From positions 6,262,001 through 6,326,000 of the forward strand of contig CP075497.1 in NCBI GenBank assembly GCA_021613535.1: 64,000 nucleotides of DNA, written 5' to 3'. Origin of the DNA: Adineta vaga (Eukaryota > Animalia > Rotifera). The notes beneath the pieces were generated by a model, which saw nothing but the letters and a program-made list of their open reading frames with translations, searched no databases and had not been told where the DNA came from. Positions 13,301 through 24,871 of this stretch are shown piece by piece; the first letter of the stretch is position 1; each line of letters begins with the position of its first letter. A program made the position numbers and the translations under genes.

Positions 13301-15042
13301 AACAGATTTAATTATTGAATTAAATAATGAAACATTCGATGACTGGACAACATTTCATTTTCATTGGTCAGATTTTTCCACATTAACTATTAATTATTTA
13401 TATACTTATACAATAAATTTATCATTAAAATCTCTATTAACATCCAATGGTCAAACGCAGATTTTTATTGGTAATGGTTTTCGTGGTTGTTTAGAATATG
13501 TATTAATTGGTGAAAATCTTTATATTCCATTTTATAATGAGAGTATTTTTGAAAATGATACACGTACAAATAGATTTTTTACGGAACAAATGGAAAATAT
13601 TCAAATAAATAACTGTACATTTAATCGTATATGCGAAAACATTGATTGTCAAAATGGACAGTGTATAAGTGATTTTGATCAAGGCAAATGTGCTTGTCAT
13701 CCAGGATGGTATGGAGATATGTGTCAAGTTAATATTAATGAATGTGAACAAGGAAATAATTGTTCGAAGGAAAATAGTATTTGTATAGATCATATAGATG
13801 GATATTATACATGTCAATGTCATGAAGGATTTACTGGACTTTAGTAAGTTATTTGAAAAGTTTTGATTCTCTTAAAACAATGAATTTTCTTAGTTGTGAA
13901 ACGAATATTGATGAATGTATCTCGTCTCCTTGTGCTAACAATGGTACTTGTTTTGATCTGATCGATAATTACACATGTCAATGTACAAGTGATTATATTG
14001 ATGCTCGTTGTTCAAAATCGATCAATGAGACTTGCTTTGGTCAATTAAATCCATGTGAAAATAATGGTACATGTATATTGAAAAGTGCACATCTGTATGT
14101 TGATAATCCTGAAACAGAATGTCAATGTCAAAATGGTTATAATGGTAAATGGTGTGAAAATGATTCATGTTTAAAATTAAATTGTCAAAATAATAGTACA
14201 TGTGAACGATTATCGGATGGTCAAGCGAAATGTTTATGTTCATTAGAATGGTTCGGAAATGAATGTCAATATGATGTAAATGAATGTGAAATAAATCAAA
14301 CGAATATTTGTTTAAATAATGGAACATGTGTGAATCTATTAGGTGGTTATCAATGTCATTGTCCGAAGAATTACTTAGGACGAAATTGTCAACGAAAACA
14401 TATTTGTTTAGAACAATCACCTTGTCTTAATTATGGACAATGTAAAACTAAGGGTGAAGATTACTATTGTAAATGTTCAATAAATTATACAGGTTTAAAT
14501 TGTGAATTATTAACATGTGAATCGTTACCTTGTCAACATAATGGTACATGTATATCTGATGTTAGTGAAGGATTTGTTTGTAATTGTACAGGAACAGGTA
14601 AGGATTTTCTATGTTTTCCTTGTTAAATTTCATATTATTTTCTCCTCTTTTTTCTTTTCTTTTTGAAATAGGTTATGACGATGAAAAGTGTAGTACTGAA
14701 ATAAATGAATGTTTAAATAATCCATGTTGGAATAATGGTAGTTGTATTGATCAAATCGATGGATATATTTGTACATGTTCAAATGGTTTTAGTGGACTTC
14801 AGTGTGAAAATAAACAGAAATCTCTAAATTATCTTGGTTTTTCTTATCATTATATTGTATGGCCTGGTATTGCTATCTTATTATTGATGATTATTATCTT
14901 ATTAACAGTTGTTGCTGGTCGTATACGTGAAAGTCGTCGATTACGAGGTACATATCATCCAGCAATAAATGAAAATGGTCAAACATCACGAATGGAATTT
15001 AGTATGATTTTAAAACCACCACCAGAAGAACGTTTGATTTAG
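7376..15042 (+). CDS. crb: Crumbs (EGF repeats + laminin-G domains + TM + FERM/PDZ-binding tail), multi-exon
   Basis: Signal-peptide-like start MYPTNLQ|AFTFILFFG (intron 7398-7469). Many (cb)EGF repeats and three LamG-like blocks (~11250-11750, ~11970-12500, ~13090-13600). The TM is followed by RGTYHP (GTY FERM-binding motif) and the C-terminal PPPEERLI*, diagnostic of Crumbs. Confidence 0.95.
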
Positions 15043-15237
15043 TCAAATATGATTAGTCAGTTCATTTCACCTATCATTCTCACTATTTTTGTTTCATAAT
15101 AATTTCGTTCTTGTTCGAAACCATTCTTTTCTTTCTGATGCAATGTGTGTATGAGCCTGTGTGTTATCGTAGTTTTTGTTTGTAATAAAAATTCATTTCT
15201 CTTTTAAAGATTTATCTTTCATTTATTGTCTTTCATC

Positions 15238-15759
15238 ATGTCAACAACTCCAACATCGATATTCGATTATCTTGATACACTTGCTGTGATCAGTGGAGGA
15301 CTCTTTGCTGGTACATCTTTTTATTTATCATTCGGTCAAGTACCTTCATTACGTGAATTTGGTCTTAACGAACATTGGCGATTTTTTCCATATATGTATA
15401 AAAATGTTGCTTTAAAACAAGCTACTTTAGCTGCTACTGCTGGCGTAGCAAGTATTACACATGCAATGCGTATTCATGGTGCACCATTTGATCGTAACTT
15501 ATGGATTGCAGCGGGAACAACGTTTTTAGCAATAATTCCATATACATTAATATGTATTGCACCAACTAATAATACAATTATTGAAGATAATAAGAATGTT
15601 CAATTAGGAAATGAAAGTAAAATAAATATTGGAACAAGAAAAGATCTATTAGATAAATGGGCAATTTTACATTTGGTTCGAACAGTTAGTACAGTTGCTG
15701 GTTTTGGTGCTATGGTTTTTGGACTTAGTCGTCATTCATCTTTTGTTTTCAGTTGGTAG
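15238..15759 (+). CDS. DUF1772 / anthrone-oxygenase-like membrane protein, single exon
   Basis: LAVISGGLFAG...P, ...IIPYTLICIAPTNN..., LLDKWAILHLVRTV match the family pattern. The first true ATG is at 15238; the track start is TTG. Confidence 0.8.
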   Translation: MSTTPTSIFDYLDTLAVISGGLFAGTSFYLSFGQVPSLREFGLNEHWRFFPYMYKNVALKQATLAATAGVASITHAMRIHGAPFDRNLWIAAGTTFLAIIPYTLICIAPTNNTIIEDNKNVQLGNESKINIGTRKDLLDKWAILHLVRTVSTVAGFGAMVFGLSRHSSFVFSW

Positions 15760-15936
15760 AAATGATAGGTTTTTTGTTTTGTTGTCAAAATCATTTTGAT
15801 TGAAATAAAACTTGATCAATCGACAGAAAGCGACAATGTCTTACGTGTGTAAAATTGGGACTGTTTGATTGGTTAGAAAAAACGAACGTATCTGTTTAGC
15901 TAGTTTCCGTGTACACATTCTGTTGTCTATTAAAAA

Positions 15937-17328
15937 ATGTTGTTAAATGAGATTCAACGTGGTCAATCGACAGGTAGATTATATTCAAAATCGAAAGGAT
16001 TCTATTATCCATCATCGGATTCTATAAAGAATGTGAATTATCAAAAGAAACAAACTTTAATTCAATGGTTTTTCTCTATTTTCAAAGAGATTTTCTTACC
16101 TGCTGGATATCCAAATTCTGTATCAAATGATTATCTTGCGTATCAAATTTGGTAAGTACAATCATTGCTTTAGATGAATTTTATCAAAATATAACAAAGA
16201 TTGATCTTTCTAGGGATACAATTCAAGCATTCGCTTCATCGATTACAAATGCTTTGGCATTTAGTGCCATTTTAGAAGGAATGGGTGTGGGTGATGAAAA
16301 AGCATCTGTTCTTTCAGCTACGTTTGTTTGGTTAGTTAAAGATGGTGTTGGAATGGTAGGAAGAATTCTATTTGCTTGGTTTCATGGCACTGGTAAATCT
16401 CGAATGTAGTATAAAGAATTACATGTTTCTCTTCATTTTATTCTTAGGTCTTGATAGTAATTTAAAAATGTGGAGATTTTATGCTGATATTCTTAATGAT
16501 TTAGCTACATCAATCGATTTAATAGCTCCATTTTTTAAACATTTATTATTACCAATAACTTGTCTTTCGAATCTATGTCGTTCTATTGTTGGCGTAGCCG
16601 GTGGTTCAACACGAGCAGCATTAACACAACATCAAGCTATTGCTCATAATATGGGTGATGTTTCAGCAAAAGATGGTTCTCAAGAAACACTTGTTAATCT
16701 TTTAGCATTAGCTGTGAATATCTTTTTATTACATACCATTAAACGTGATCGAATTGTTGTTTGGTTTTTATATTGTATACTGACAACATTACATTTGTAT
16801 GCAAATTATCGAGCGATTCGAACGTTACAATTACGTACATTTAATTGGAATCGATTTGTATTAATATGTGAAAGCTATTTTCATAAAGAAGATATTCCAA
16901 CTATAGAATATGTCAATCGAAATGAACCAATTCTTATGGAAATTTCTCAATCAACTAAATGTTATGTTGGAATTCAGCTGAATCATGTTCATGCATCATC
17001 GATGAATATCGATGAATTTCTTCGACATCATTTTGCTATTTCATTCAATCAATCATCAAAACGATTTGATGTTATTTTATCTGAGAATTGTGATGATCAA
17101 GATTTGATTAAATGTTATTTTCTTCTCCAATATCTTATTTATTCCAATCGTTTTGATGAATTTTCCATCATATCATCCAATATATCTTGGATTAATGTAG
17201 ATAAATTACATACAACAACATCGCATCTCTATCAAGACTTTTTATCGAAAGCAAAAGTAATGGGTTGGGATATCAATCAAGCGAAATTTCTCATAAACAG
17301 TTATCGATATAGTTCGAAACAAAGTTAA
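15937..17328 (+). CDS. RUSF1: RUS1 / root UVB sensitive family protein (C16orf58 orthologue), 3 exons
   Basis: FLPAGYPNSVSNDYLAYQIW|DTIQAF, WLVKDGVGMVGRILFAW, KMWRFYADILND, GSTRAALTQHQA..NMGDVSAKDGSQETLVNL. Confidence 0.93.
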
Positions 17329-17568
17329 ATAAAGATTTTCATATCGGTTTTTTGTTTTCCTAATATTATTAAAAACACATCGTTGCTGTTATGGAAATGT
17401 TTTTTCTGACGACGTATTTTGACAGAAAAATCTTGATGAATTTTTATTTTATTAGATAGAAATTCATTAGATGTAGGATAATTTTTTCTTATTTGCTGAT
17501 AGAATGAACGGAGGCTAATCAAAAGATGGGAACGGAATTTAATGTTCTTTTTTAATAATGTAGATCGA

Positions 17569-18759
17569 CTAAATTAAATTCGACATCATTAGATGTTGTG
17601 CACCGATATCATTGAGACAATGCATCGACTGTTCATGTTGATTATTTTGATCGCCATCATACTTCGCATACTGTTTAGGATTATGACATGTTCTCACTTC
17701 ATCTTGAATGTTATTGGAATCTAATTAAGATATATGAAGAAGAACCTTGTGAAGTAATTGTTTGAAAAAAAAACTTACCAGTCATAAGTGTAACCTTCTT
17801 AGTATTTGAATTAGTATGTTTGGAATTAAGTGATATTGAATCATCTAAAATGAAAAGAAAAGTTTTCGATAACGGTTTTTTTTCTATCGAAATTTGTTTC
17901 ACCGTGTGATATCGGGTCATCAATTGTTTGGGACAGAAGAACATGTTGATCTAGTTCTTTTGTTAAAATACAAAAGTGAATTCGATGTCATTAAAAATAA
18001 ATACGCATACCACAGATAAGAGGATCAAATGGTATAATTGAATCTGTAGAATTGTGGTCTACTGTTTGCATTGATACTAAGGAGATGAATATGGCTGAGG
18101 TAGAATTGTCTATAAGGAAAATAATTGAAATAGTTTAGTTTTTTTTAAAAATCAATTCATTTTCCTACCGATTAGATTACACCAATCGAGTTGTATTAGC
18201 TGACTTTGATTGGAATAAAAATCGATTGTTTTCAATAAATAAGATAACTCATCAAAACTTGTTTTTAGTTTTGAATGAAACTTTTCTTTACATTCGGAAT
18301 TATCAAGACAGGATGGAGGATATTTTAAATGACCATAAATCCATAGTACACCATTGGGATTTAATATTTCTAATGTAGACGAATTGAAAACAGGTACAGT
18401 TAAAAATTCAATTGGATTTAATTGAAGATTCAATTGTTTATTAATCTATATAATATAATATTATAAACTACTAATAAGCATCTTTAAATCTGTGTTTACC
18501 TTTTGTGAAAAGAGGCCAAGATAATTAATGATTTGAGTAGATAATTCAAATTTCTCTTTCGTATGAAATGATACATTGAGAATGTTTTCTAGTCAAATTC
18601 GAATTTCGAATTTCTATCAAGTTAATTCAAAGTTATCTTACTTGTATTTCTATTTGTTGAATTATGGAGTAAATACTGAGGATTCAAGGAAATCATTATA
18701 ATAAATGTTAATATAAAAAAACATCCCGTAATCATGCACCAACACATATAAATTGACAT
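17569..18759 (-). CDS. Uncharacterised signal-anchor/secreted protein (about 7 short exons)
   Basis: The ATG at 18759 opens MSIYMCWCMITGCFFILTFIIMISLNPQ. Consecutive GT-AG introns keep frame through ORF 18152..18433 and end at a TAG at 17569-17571. The 3' end is uncertain and could extend into ORF 17325..17522. Confidence 0.6.
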
Positions 18760-20188
18760 TCGTGATTGTCTAGTATGAGAAAACTTGATTTATTTTATAT
18801 TCGAACATATGTGCGAACTTACTGTTTTGTAGATTTAGATGAATCTTCATCGTGAAGAAAATCTTCATCAACTTCATAGATTGTTTCTAGCATATTTATT
18901 CACTCGTACCTATTCTAGTGAAATAAATACAGCAAATGCATACGTACCGAATAATTGCCCAATCAAGCGGAACAGTATAGTTTCGTTTTTTTCTTATAGA
19001 TGTGATGAAAAAAAAATATTTGCATGGTTTAACAAACCGAAAGACATCATGTTTTTCTTCCTTAGAAAAAAGAAACGAAATATAAGTATTGGTGATATGA
19101 AAATATCTAGTTGTATTCTATTAATGTTTGAAATATAAGAAAACGACATAAATATGTATGATTCACTATCGTTTTTCCTTTTACTGCGTCTTATATGATT
19201 ATATACTATTATTTCCTTGTGCAGTACTGTCTATAAATCGATGAAAGAGACAAATTAGCTCGGAGTTTTGACTGTACATATATGACTAGTATCTATGAAG
19301 TATGATAATGATTCGGTAAAATATTTTACATATCTATCGAAAGTAGAGAGGTAATCACGACAAAGAATAATACGTAGATTTTACTTAAAATTTTTCTTAA
19401 TTATGTACGCAATGTTGTTTATGACGTGTAAATTCAACATTAAATAAAGTACACAAAACATGTTAAAAAAAATTACAAAAGTCATGCTTTATTTTTGTTT
19501 TAGTTTTTTCCGTGTGTAATAGAAAAAAACAGAAAAGTAAAAATTAAATTTTACTTTTTCATTACAGGTGATTTTTGATAGAGGCAAGAAATATTCAAGG
19601 AATGATTTGCAAAGATTTTCCGATGTCAGAATGTTATCTTATTGTTGGTATATACATAAGTATATTTCTTCATTCTGATCAATCGCTTATTATTGTCTAA
19701 GTAAAGGATGATCAATAAATCAAAGAATGAGTGACTTATATCGGTGAAAATTAAAAGTAAGGATAATGAGTAATCGCTTTCAATATATAGTAAATATTCC
19801 TCATATCAATCAGCATTTCTATCATGAGATTCTTGGAGATAATTTAGTATTCACCGTCGATTTTATCTTCTCTATCTAGATATATAGATTCACGAGCAAC
19901 TACTGTTTTCCTTGCCATTGAACAAGTTGTTTCATTCTGTACGAAAGAATTTCTATGATCGAACATATATTCTTAACCAATTTAAAAAAAAGCATATTAA
20001 ATGATATTTTCTCACATATTATCAAAAGAGAACATATATTTTGACTAGTAGAACAAATACAATCTTTTTAACTCACAAATAAATCATAAGACCGGCGTTT
20101 GAACAGTCATAATTAAAGTTACATTGGAATATACAAAGAAAAATAAACAGAAAGACAATAACAGATATATCTGTGTTGTTTTGTGCGT

Positions 20189-21672
20189 CTAAATACTATT
20201 GATAAGATTTTCTACGACACTTGCTTCCCAAATTTGAAATGATGAATCTTCAGCAACCGATGCAATCATTGGCCGTGTTGGATGCCAACTTAAATCAGGT
20301 ATACGTGAATCATGTCCTTTATGATCAAAAATAACTCCATCATCGGATTTTGTATCCCAAATATAGACATGTTGATCAGCACTACTGGATGCAAATATAC
20401 TTGGTGCTAATGGACTCCATGCAACTTGAAGGACACCATCTCGATGATGTTGATCGTAACGTCGAACTTCTTTGGATAAATTTCTCATATCCCAAAGAGC
20501 AATTGTCGTATCATCAGAGCCAGTCAATAGAGCATATTCATTAACTGGATGAAAAGCTATACAATTACAATCAGCTGAGTGAACTTTAACACGAAATTGA
20601 AGAGTTTTAGATGGCGATGTTGTTGATGAAAATAAAGATTCAACAAGTGAAGCCGTACCAGACGATGCACGAAGATCAGTAATTAGTAAAGTACCTGAAG
20701 CAGCAGCTGCACCAAACACAGATGGATGACTGAGAAGGCAAAAAATTTTCATGTATTTTTTTGTTTTCATTAATATTCATCATATATTTGTCTATAATCT
20801 TACCCTGGATGCCATTGAACTGCATCAACAAGTTTACGTTCTGAATCAAATATTTCTACTGGTTCAACAATTGTACTGCATTCAATTCCATTTGTAATCG
20901 TCGGTGTAACAGTACTAGTTGGAAGTTTTTCCAAATTCCATAAACACATTTTTCCATCTTGAGCACCTGTTAATAATAGACCTTGTTGCATTGGATGCCA
21001 TGATAATGCAAAACCTTCATCTGTATGTCCACGTAAAACAGCTTGCGGTCGACAGATTCCATCGGGATTTAGTTTACTTGGATGTTTACTATAATCAAAC
21101 AAGAAGACATCATTTGTTGATGAAAGACTTGCAATTTTGAATGTATTTTGAGGCATAGCACGAGCTTTATTTACATCACCAGCATGATACATTGGTACAT
21201 AAGGATGCACTAAAATTAAATAATGAGAAATGGCTTCTTTTGTTTTTTTGTCGTTTGAGAAAAGAAAAATGTTACTTGATCCTCGAACACCCATTTCATA
21301 TCCGCCATGTTCACCGGTAATTTCATCAAATCCTTGACATTCGATTTATATACCCGTTAATGCATTCCGTGAATCAGTAGGCGTTCGTCCACCTTGAGTA
21401 CCAATGACTAAACGATAGTAATCACATTTGGGATCACCTTTAACTGTATGATGATCAAGCCATTGAACAGTTGGTGATGGACATTGGAGTAATTCATAAA
21501 ATAACATATTATATAAGTAAGGAGAATTCTTTCTCCAACGACAAAATTCAGCTGATTGAAATACTTGATCATAATCATCACTTTCAACATCATCGTCTTG
21601 TTGTTGTTGTTGTTGTTGAGAAATATCTATATTAGGTTCTTCAATTGGAATAATAATAGGTTCTATTTCCAT
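20189..21672 (-). CDS. RBBP4: RBBP4/RBBP7 (CAF1-p48/MSI1)-like WD40 histone chaperone, divergent; contains in-frame TAA at 21346-21348 (possible pseudogene)
   Basis: EFCRWRKNSPYLYN, PSPTVQWL, RLVIGT, HAGDVNKARAMPQN, FDYSKHPSK, LRGHTDEGFALSW, LLTGSDDTTIALWDMRN, FDHKGH, IASVAEDSSFQIWE. Introns at 21210-21275 and ~20730-20804. Confidence 0.8.
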
Positions 21673-21990
21673 GATCACTTCTGCAAAAGAAGAAAAGGAC
21701 ATGTAAACAAATTGTTATATTATCACCATTGAACTTGTCCGTAACATGTTGTTTTCCTTTTTAAACTTATTTATATAGAAACAAAGAAAAAGTGCACGAA
21801 TGTATGTGTAGAAGAGAAAAAAAGTAAGAAAACATACAGTGACAACAATACAATTAGGCATAAAGCACAAGTGTCAAAAGAAAAACAAGGAAACATTAGT
21901 TATTTTTTACATAAATGAATCAAGTATTTTGGGTTTAACTGTTTTTTTTCTCAACGGAGATTGTTCATCCATCTGACAAAAAAACAACAA

Positions 21991-22025
21991 CATATATATG
22001 CATATATATATATATATATATATAT
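21991..22025. repeat. (AT)n microsatellite in 3' UTR
   Basis: catatatatgcatatatatatatatatatatatat. Confidence 0.8.
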
Positions 22026-22030
22026 TATCT

Positions 22031-24871
22031 TCATCCTTCAGGATTGAACCAAGTTTGCCAATTCGATACAGAAGTACCTGATAATGCATTCGAATTTGAT
22101 GTAGAATTAGAGGATGATGTTTGTTGTTTTCCGGTCCCTTGAGAATAAAGTTGAGACGGAGCAGTAAGTGTTGTTGGATTTGTTGTCGATGAATTCGGAG
22201 GTTGCTGTTGTTGCTGCTGCTGTTGTTGTTGCATGTATGCTTGGTATTGTATCCTAATATTAATACAAATAAATTATTTTTCTAATAAACATGGTTGAAT
22301 TGATACAACTTACCAATATTGAGTCCATGCATTGGTATTTGCCTGATTCGATGCTTGATCTTGAGTACTGCCAGCTGTAGAGGGTGAATTTACTGCTACT
22401 TTTGATGCTGTAGCTGGTCCTACAAATACACAATTATGAAGAATTATCTTTCATACTAAATTATTTCCTAAGAAACCTTGTGGAAACTGCTGTTGAGCGT
22501 TCGATGGTGCAGTTGGTGCTTGAACACCTGTTTGCTGTTGTTGTTGTTGTTGTTGTTGCATATATTGCCTTGAAAATAAGAAAAATTCGTATTTACTATT
22601 GTGACAAGTATTTAATATCATTATTTACCAATATTGTTGATAATACTGTTGCCAAGCTTCGGTATTGCTAGCATTCGCTGCTGTATTGGTTCCACTTGTA
22701 GGTGGTGGTACTTGTGGTTGTAATGGCATTAAAGAAGGATTAGATGGAGCTAGAGATTAGGAAAAAAGAGAGTAATTGTCGCAAATCAATCGATTAAGAA
22801 ATCCTACTATTTGCATTAGGTGGTTTATTACTAGTTTGTGAAGGGTGAGATGCACTTGGATAGTTTTGAGTCGTAGCTGATGCAAGTATCTGTCGATTCA
22901 AATCATTATTATTACCATAGAAAGAATTAGATGATTGAGGTCCAGTCATGTTTTGATTTTGCTGACTATTCGAAGCAATGGATGCTAATGTTTGATTCAT
23001 ATATGCATTTGGTCCACCTTGCTGTTGATTACCCCAACTGAATTGGGAAGGTGATTGAGTTTGAGAGGGTGCCCCTTGTTGAGAAGAAAATGTCGATGAT
23101 ATAGATGAACGTGCTTGACTATATATTGGATTGTTTGGTTGATTAAAATAAAGTGGTGTCGTTGTAGCAGGAGCATTTGGGAGGGAAAAATTAGGTTTTG
23201 TTAAAGGTTGATCATCTTCGTAGTCTTCCTGACGATCACTGAACCGACTTGGACGACCACCACTACGCATATGTTGTGGATAAGATGAATTATTAGCATT
23301 TGGTGGATAGAAATCTGGACGATTTATGGGTGGTCCTTGGTTAAAATTAGGTGGTGGTTGTAAATGTGGACGATTGTGTTGAGGTGGTCCCATTGGATCA
23401 TAGTTTCCATGTTGAAAACCTTCTTGAAAAGGTCGATTTTGGGGTGGTACTCCATCATAATTTGATCGTCCATTTCGATTAAATGAATGATTATCTAAAA
23501 CGACTGGACATTAGAGAAAAGTTATTCCGAACACATTTATTAATTACCAGGTGGTAACTGTTCATCAGGTCGATGGTGAGCATTTATGTCTCGTTGACGA
23601 TCATGAAAACCGCCTCTGCCACCTCCACGGCCACCTTCTCGACGATCATGTCGTGGTGGTTGATTATTATCAGGACCAAAACGTGATTGATGTGATTCAC
23701 GTGAATTATTATGATGTCCACCTCGACCTCCCCGACCAAAATGATCACCTCCTCCTCCGCGTCCGCCTCTTCCACCACCTCGTCGAAAATCACCTCCAAA
23801 TGAACGATCATCTCGTGAATGATCATGCCGATCACGATCACGCGGTGAACGTGAACGATCTCTAAAATAAAAAATACACTTTTATTTTATCGTTTAAGAG
23901 TAACCAATTGCATTTTACCTGTTAAATGACGATGATCGATTAAAACCGCCTCGACCTGATCTTTGTGAGTCTCGATCACGATATCGACCTTGATTATCAC
24001 GATGAGATGCATGATCTGTATAAATGTTTGCATCGTTAATTGTTCTAATTGAAGTAAGAAAATCAATCTTACCTGATCGTGTACTAGAATTATCATCATC
24101 TTGATGATGTTCGCTATGAGTGTCTACTACTTTGTTCATATCAGACCCAGAATGAGATGCACCTAAAATAAAGTCGACAAAACAAAAAGCTATTCAATAT
24201 TCGTACGAATTAGATTTACCTGAACTTTCAATTTGGACGGACAACAGTGAAGGCAAAGAATTATTACTAGCATTCGATGGCAATCCCGGTTTCTCATTGC
24301 CGAAATCAAGCAACGAAGGTGGTCCTTCACCTACATTTGGTTTGTTTGCTTGTGAATGATTTCTATCATCGACCGACGAATCACGACCACCGCCACCTCC
24401 TCGTGGAAATGGCATCCGTCCTCGACCTCCACCGCGATTAAAATCACGATCATAGGGTCGCGATTGATGCTGTTGCTCAATATCAAATAGACTAGGCATT
24501 TTGGATGGATTGCCTCCACCACGTTGTTCATCATTTGGTCGATTGAAATGACCATTATTATTGAAACGATCACGTTGATGAAAATCTCCACGTCCACCAC
24601 GTGGAGCACCTCGATGACCAAAACCACCATCACCACCTCCTCCTCCTCCTCTTCCTCGCATTCCACCTCCTTCACCACCACCTCTTCCTCTCATTCCACC
24701 ACCTCGGCCATGGCCACCTCGACCACCTTCAAAACGATGTGAATGAAAATTACGATCCTAAGCAAATAAATCGATGAATATTACATGTAGAATAACGTTT
24801 AATAAACTTACAAAATCGTGCACATCGTCCATCAACGAAGGAGGACCACCGGAGCGATGATGAGACGACAT
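22031..24871 (-). CDS. Intrinsically disordered RGG/RS/Pro-Asn-Gln-rich protein (multi-exon), putative RNA-processing factor
   Basis: The ATG at 24871 opens MSSHHRSGGPPSLMDDVHDF. Then RGG boxes, an RS/RD-rich segment (23550-23860), a P/N/Q-rich segment and polyQ runs, ending WQTWFNPEG*. Introns are canonical. No folded domain recognised. Confidence 0.8.
22201..22231 (-). repeat. CAA/CAG polyglutamine tract (similar tracts at ~22535-22558 and ~21598-21618)
   Basis: gttgctgttgttgctgctgctgttgttgttg on the + strand, inside a coding exon. Confidence 0.85.

Noticed and set aside
8273-14420. Antisense and alternative-frame ORFs within Crumbs (e.g. 14022..14420, 13503..13823)
   Set aside because: Shadow ORFs arising from biased codon use in Cys/Asn-rich exons.
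7376-15042. Notch or Eyes-shut assignment for the EGF-rich gene
   Set aside because: No LNR or ankyrin repeats; it has a TM plus a GTY/ERLI tail, which is Crumbs-specific.
23551-24742. His/Val-rich and Thr/Ser-rich ORFs overlapping the RGG gene
   Set aside because: Alternative-frame or antisense readings of Gly/Arg/Asp codon repeats.
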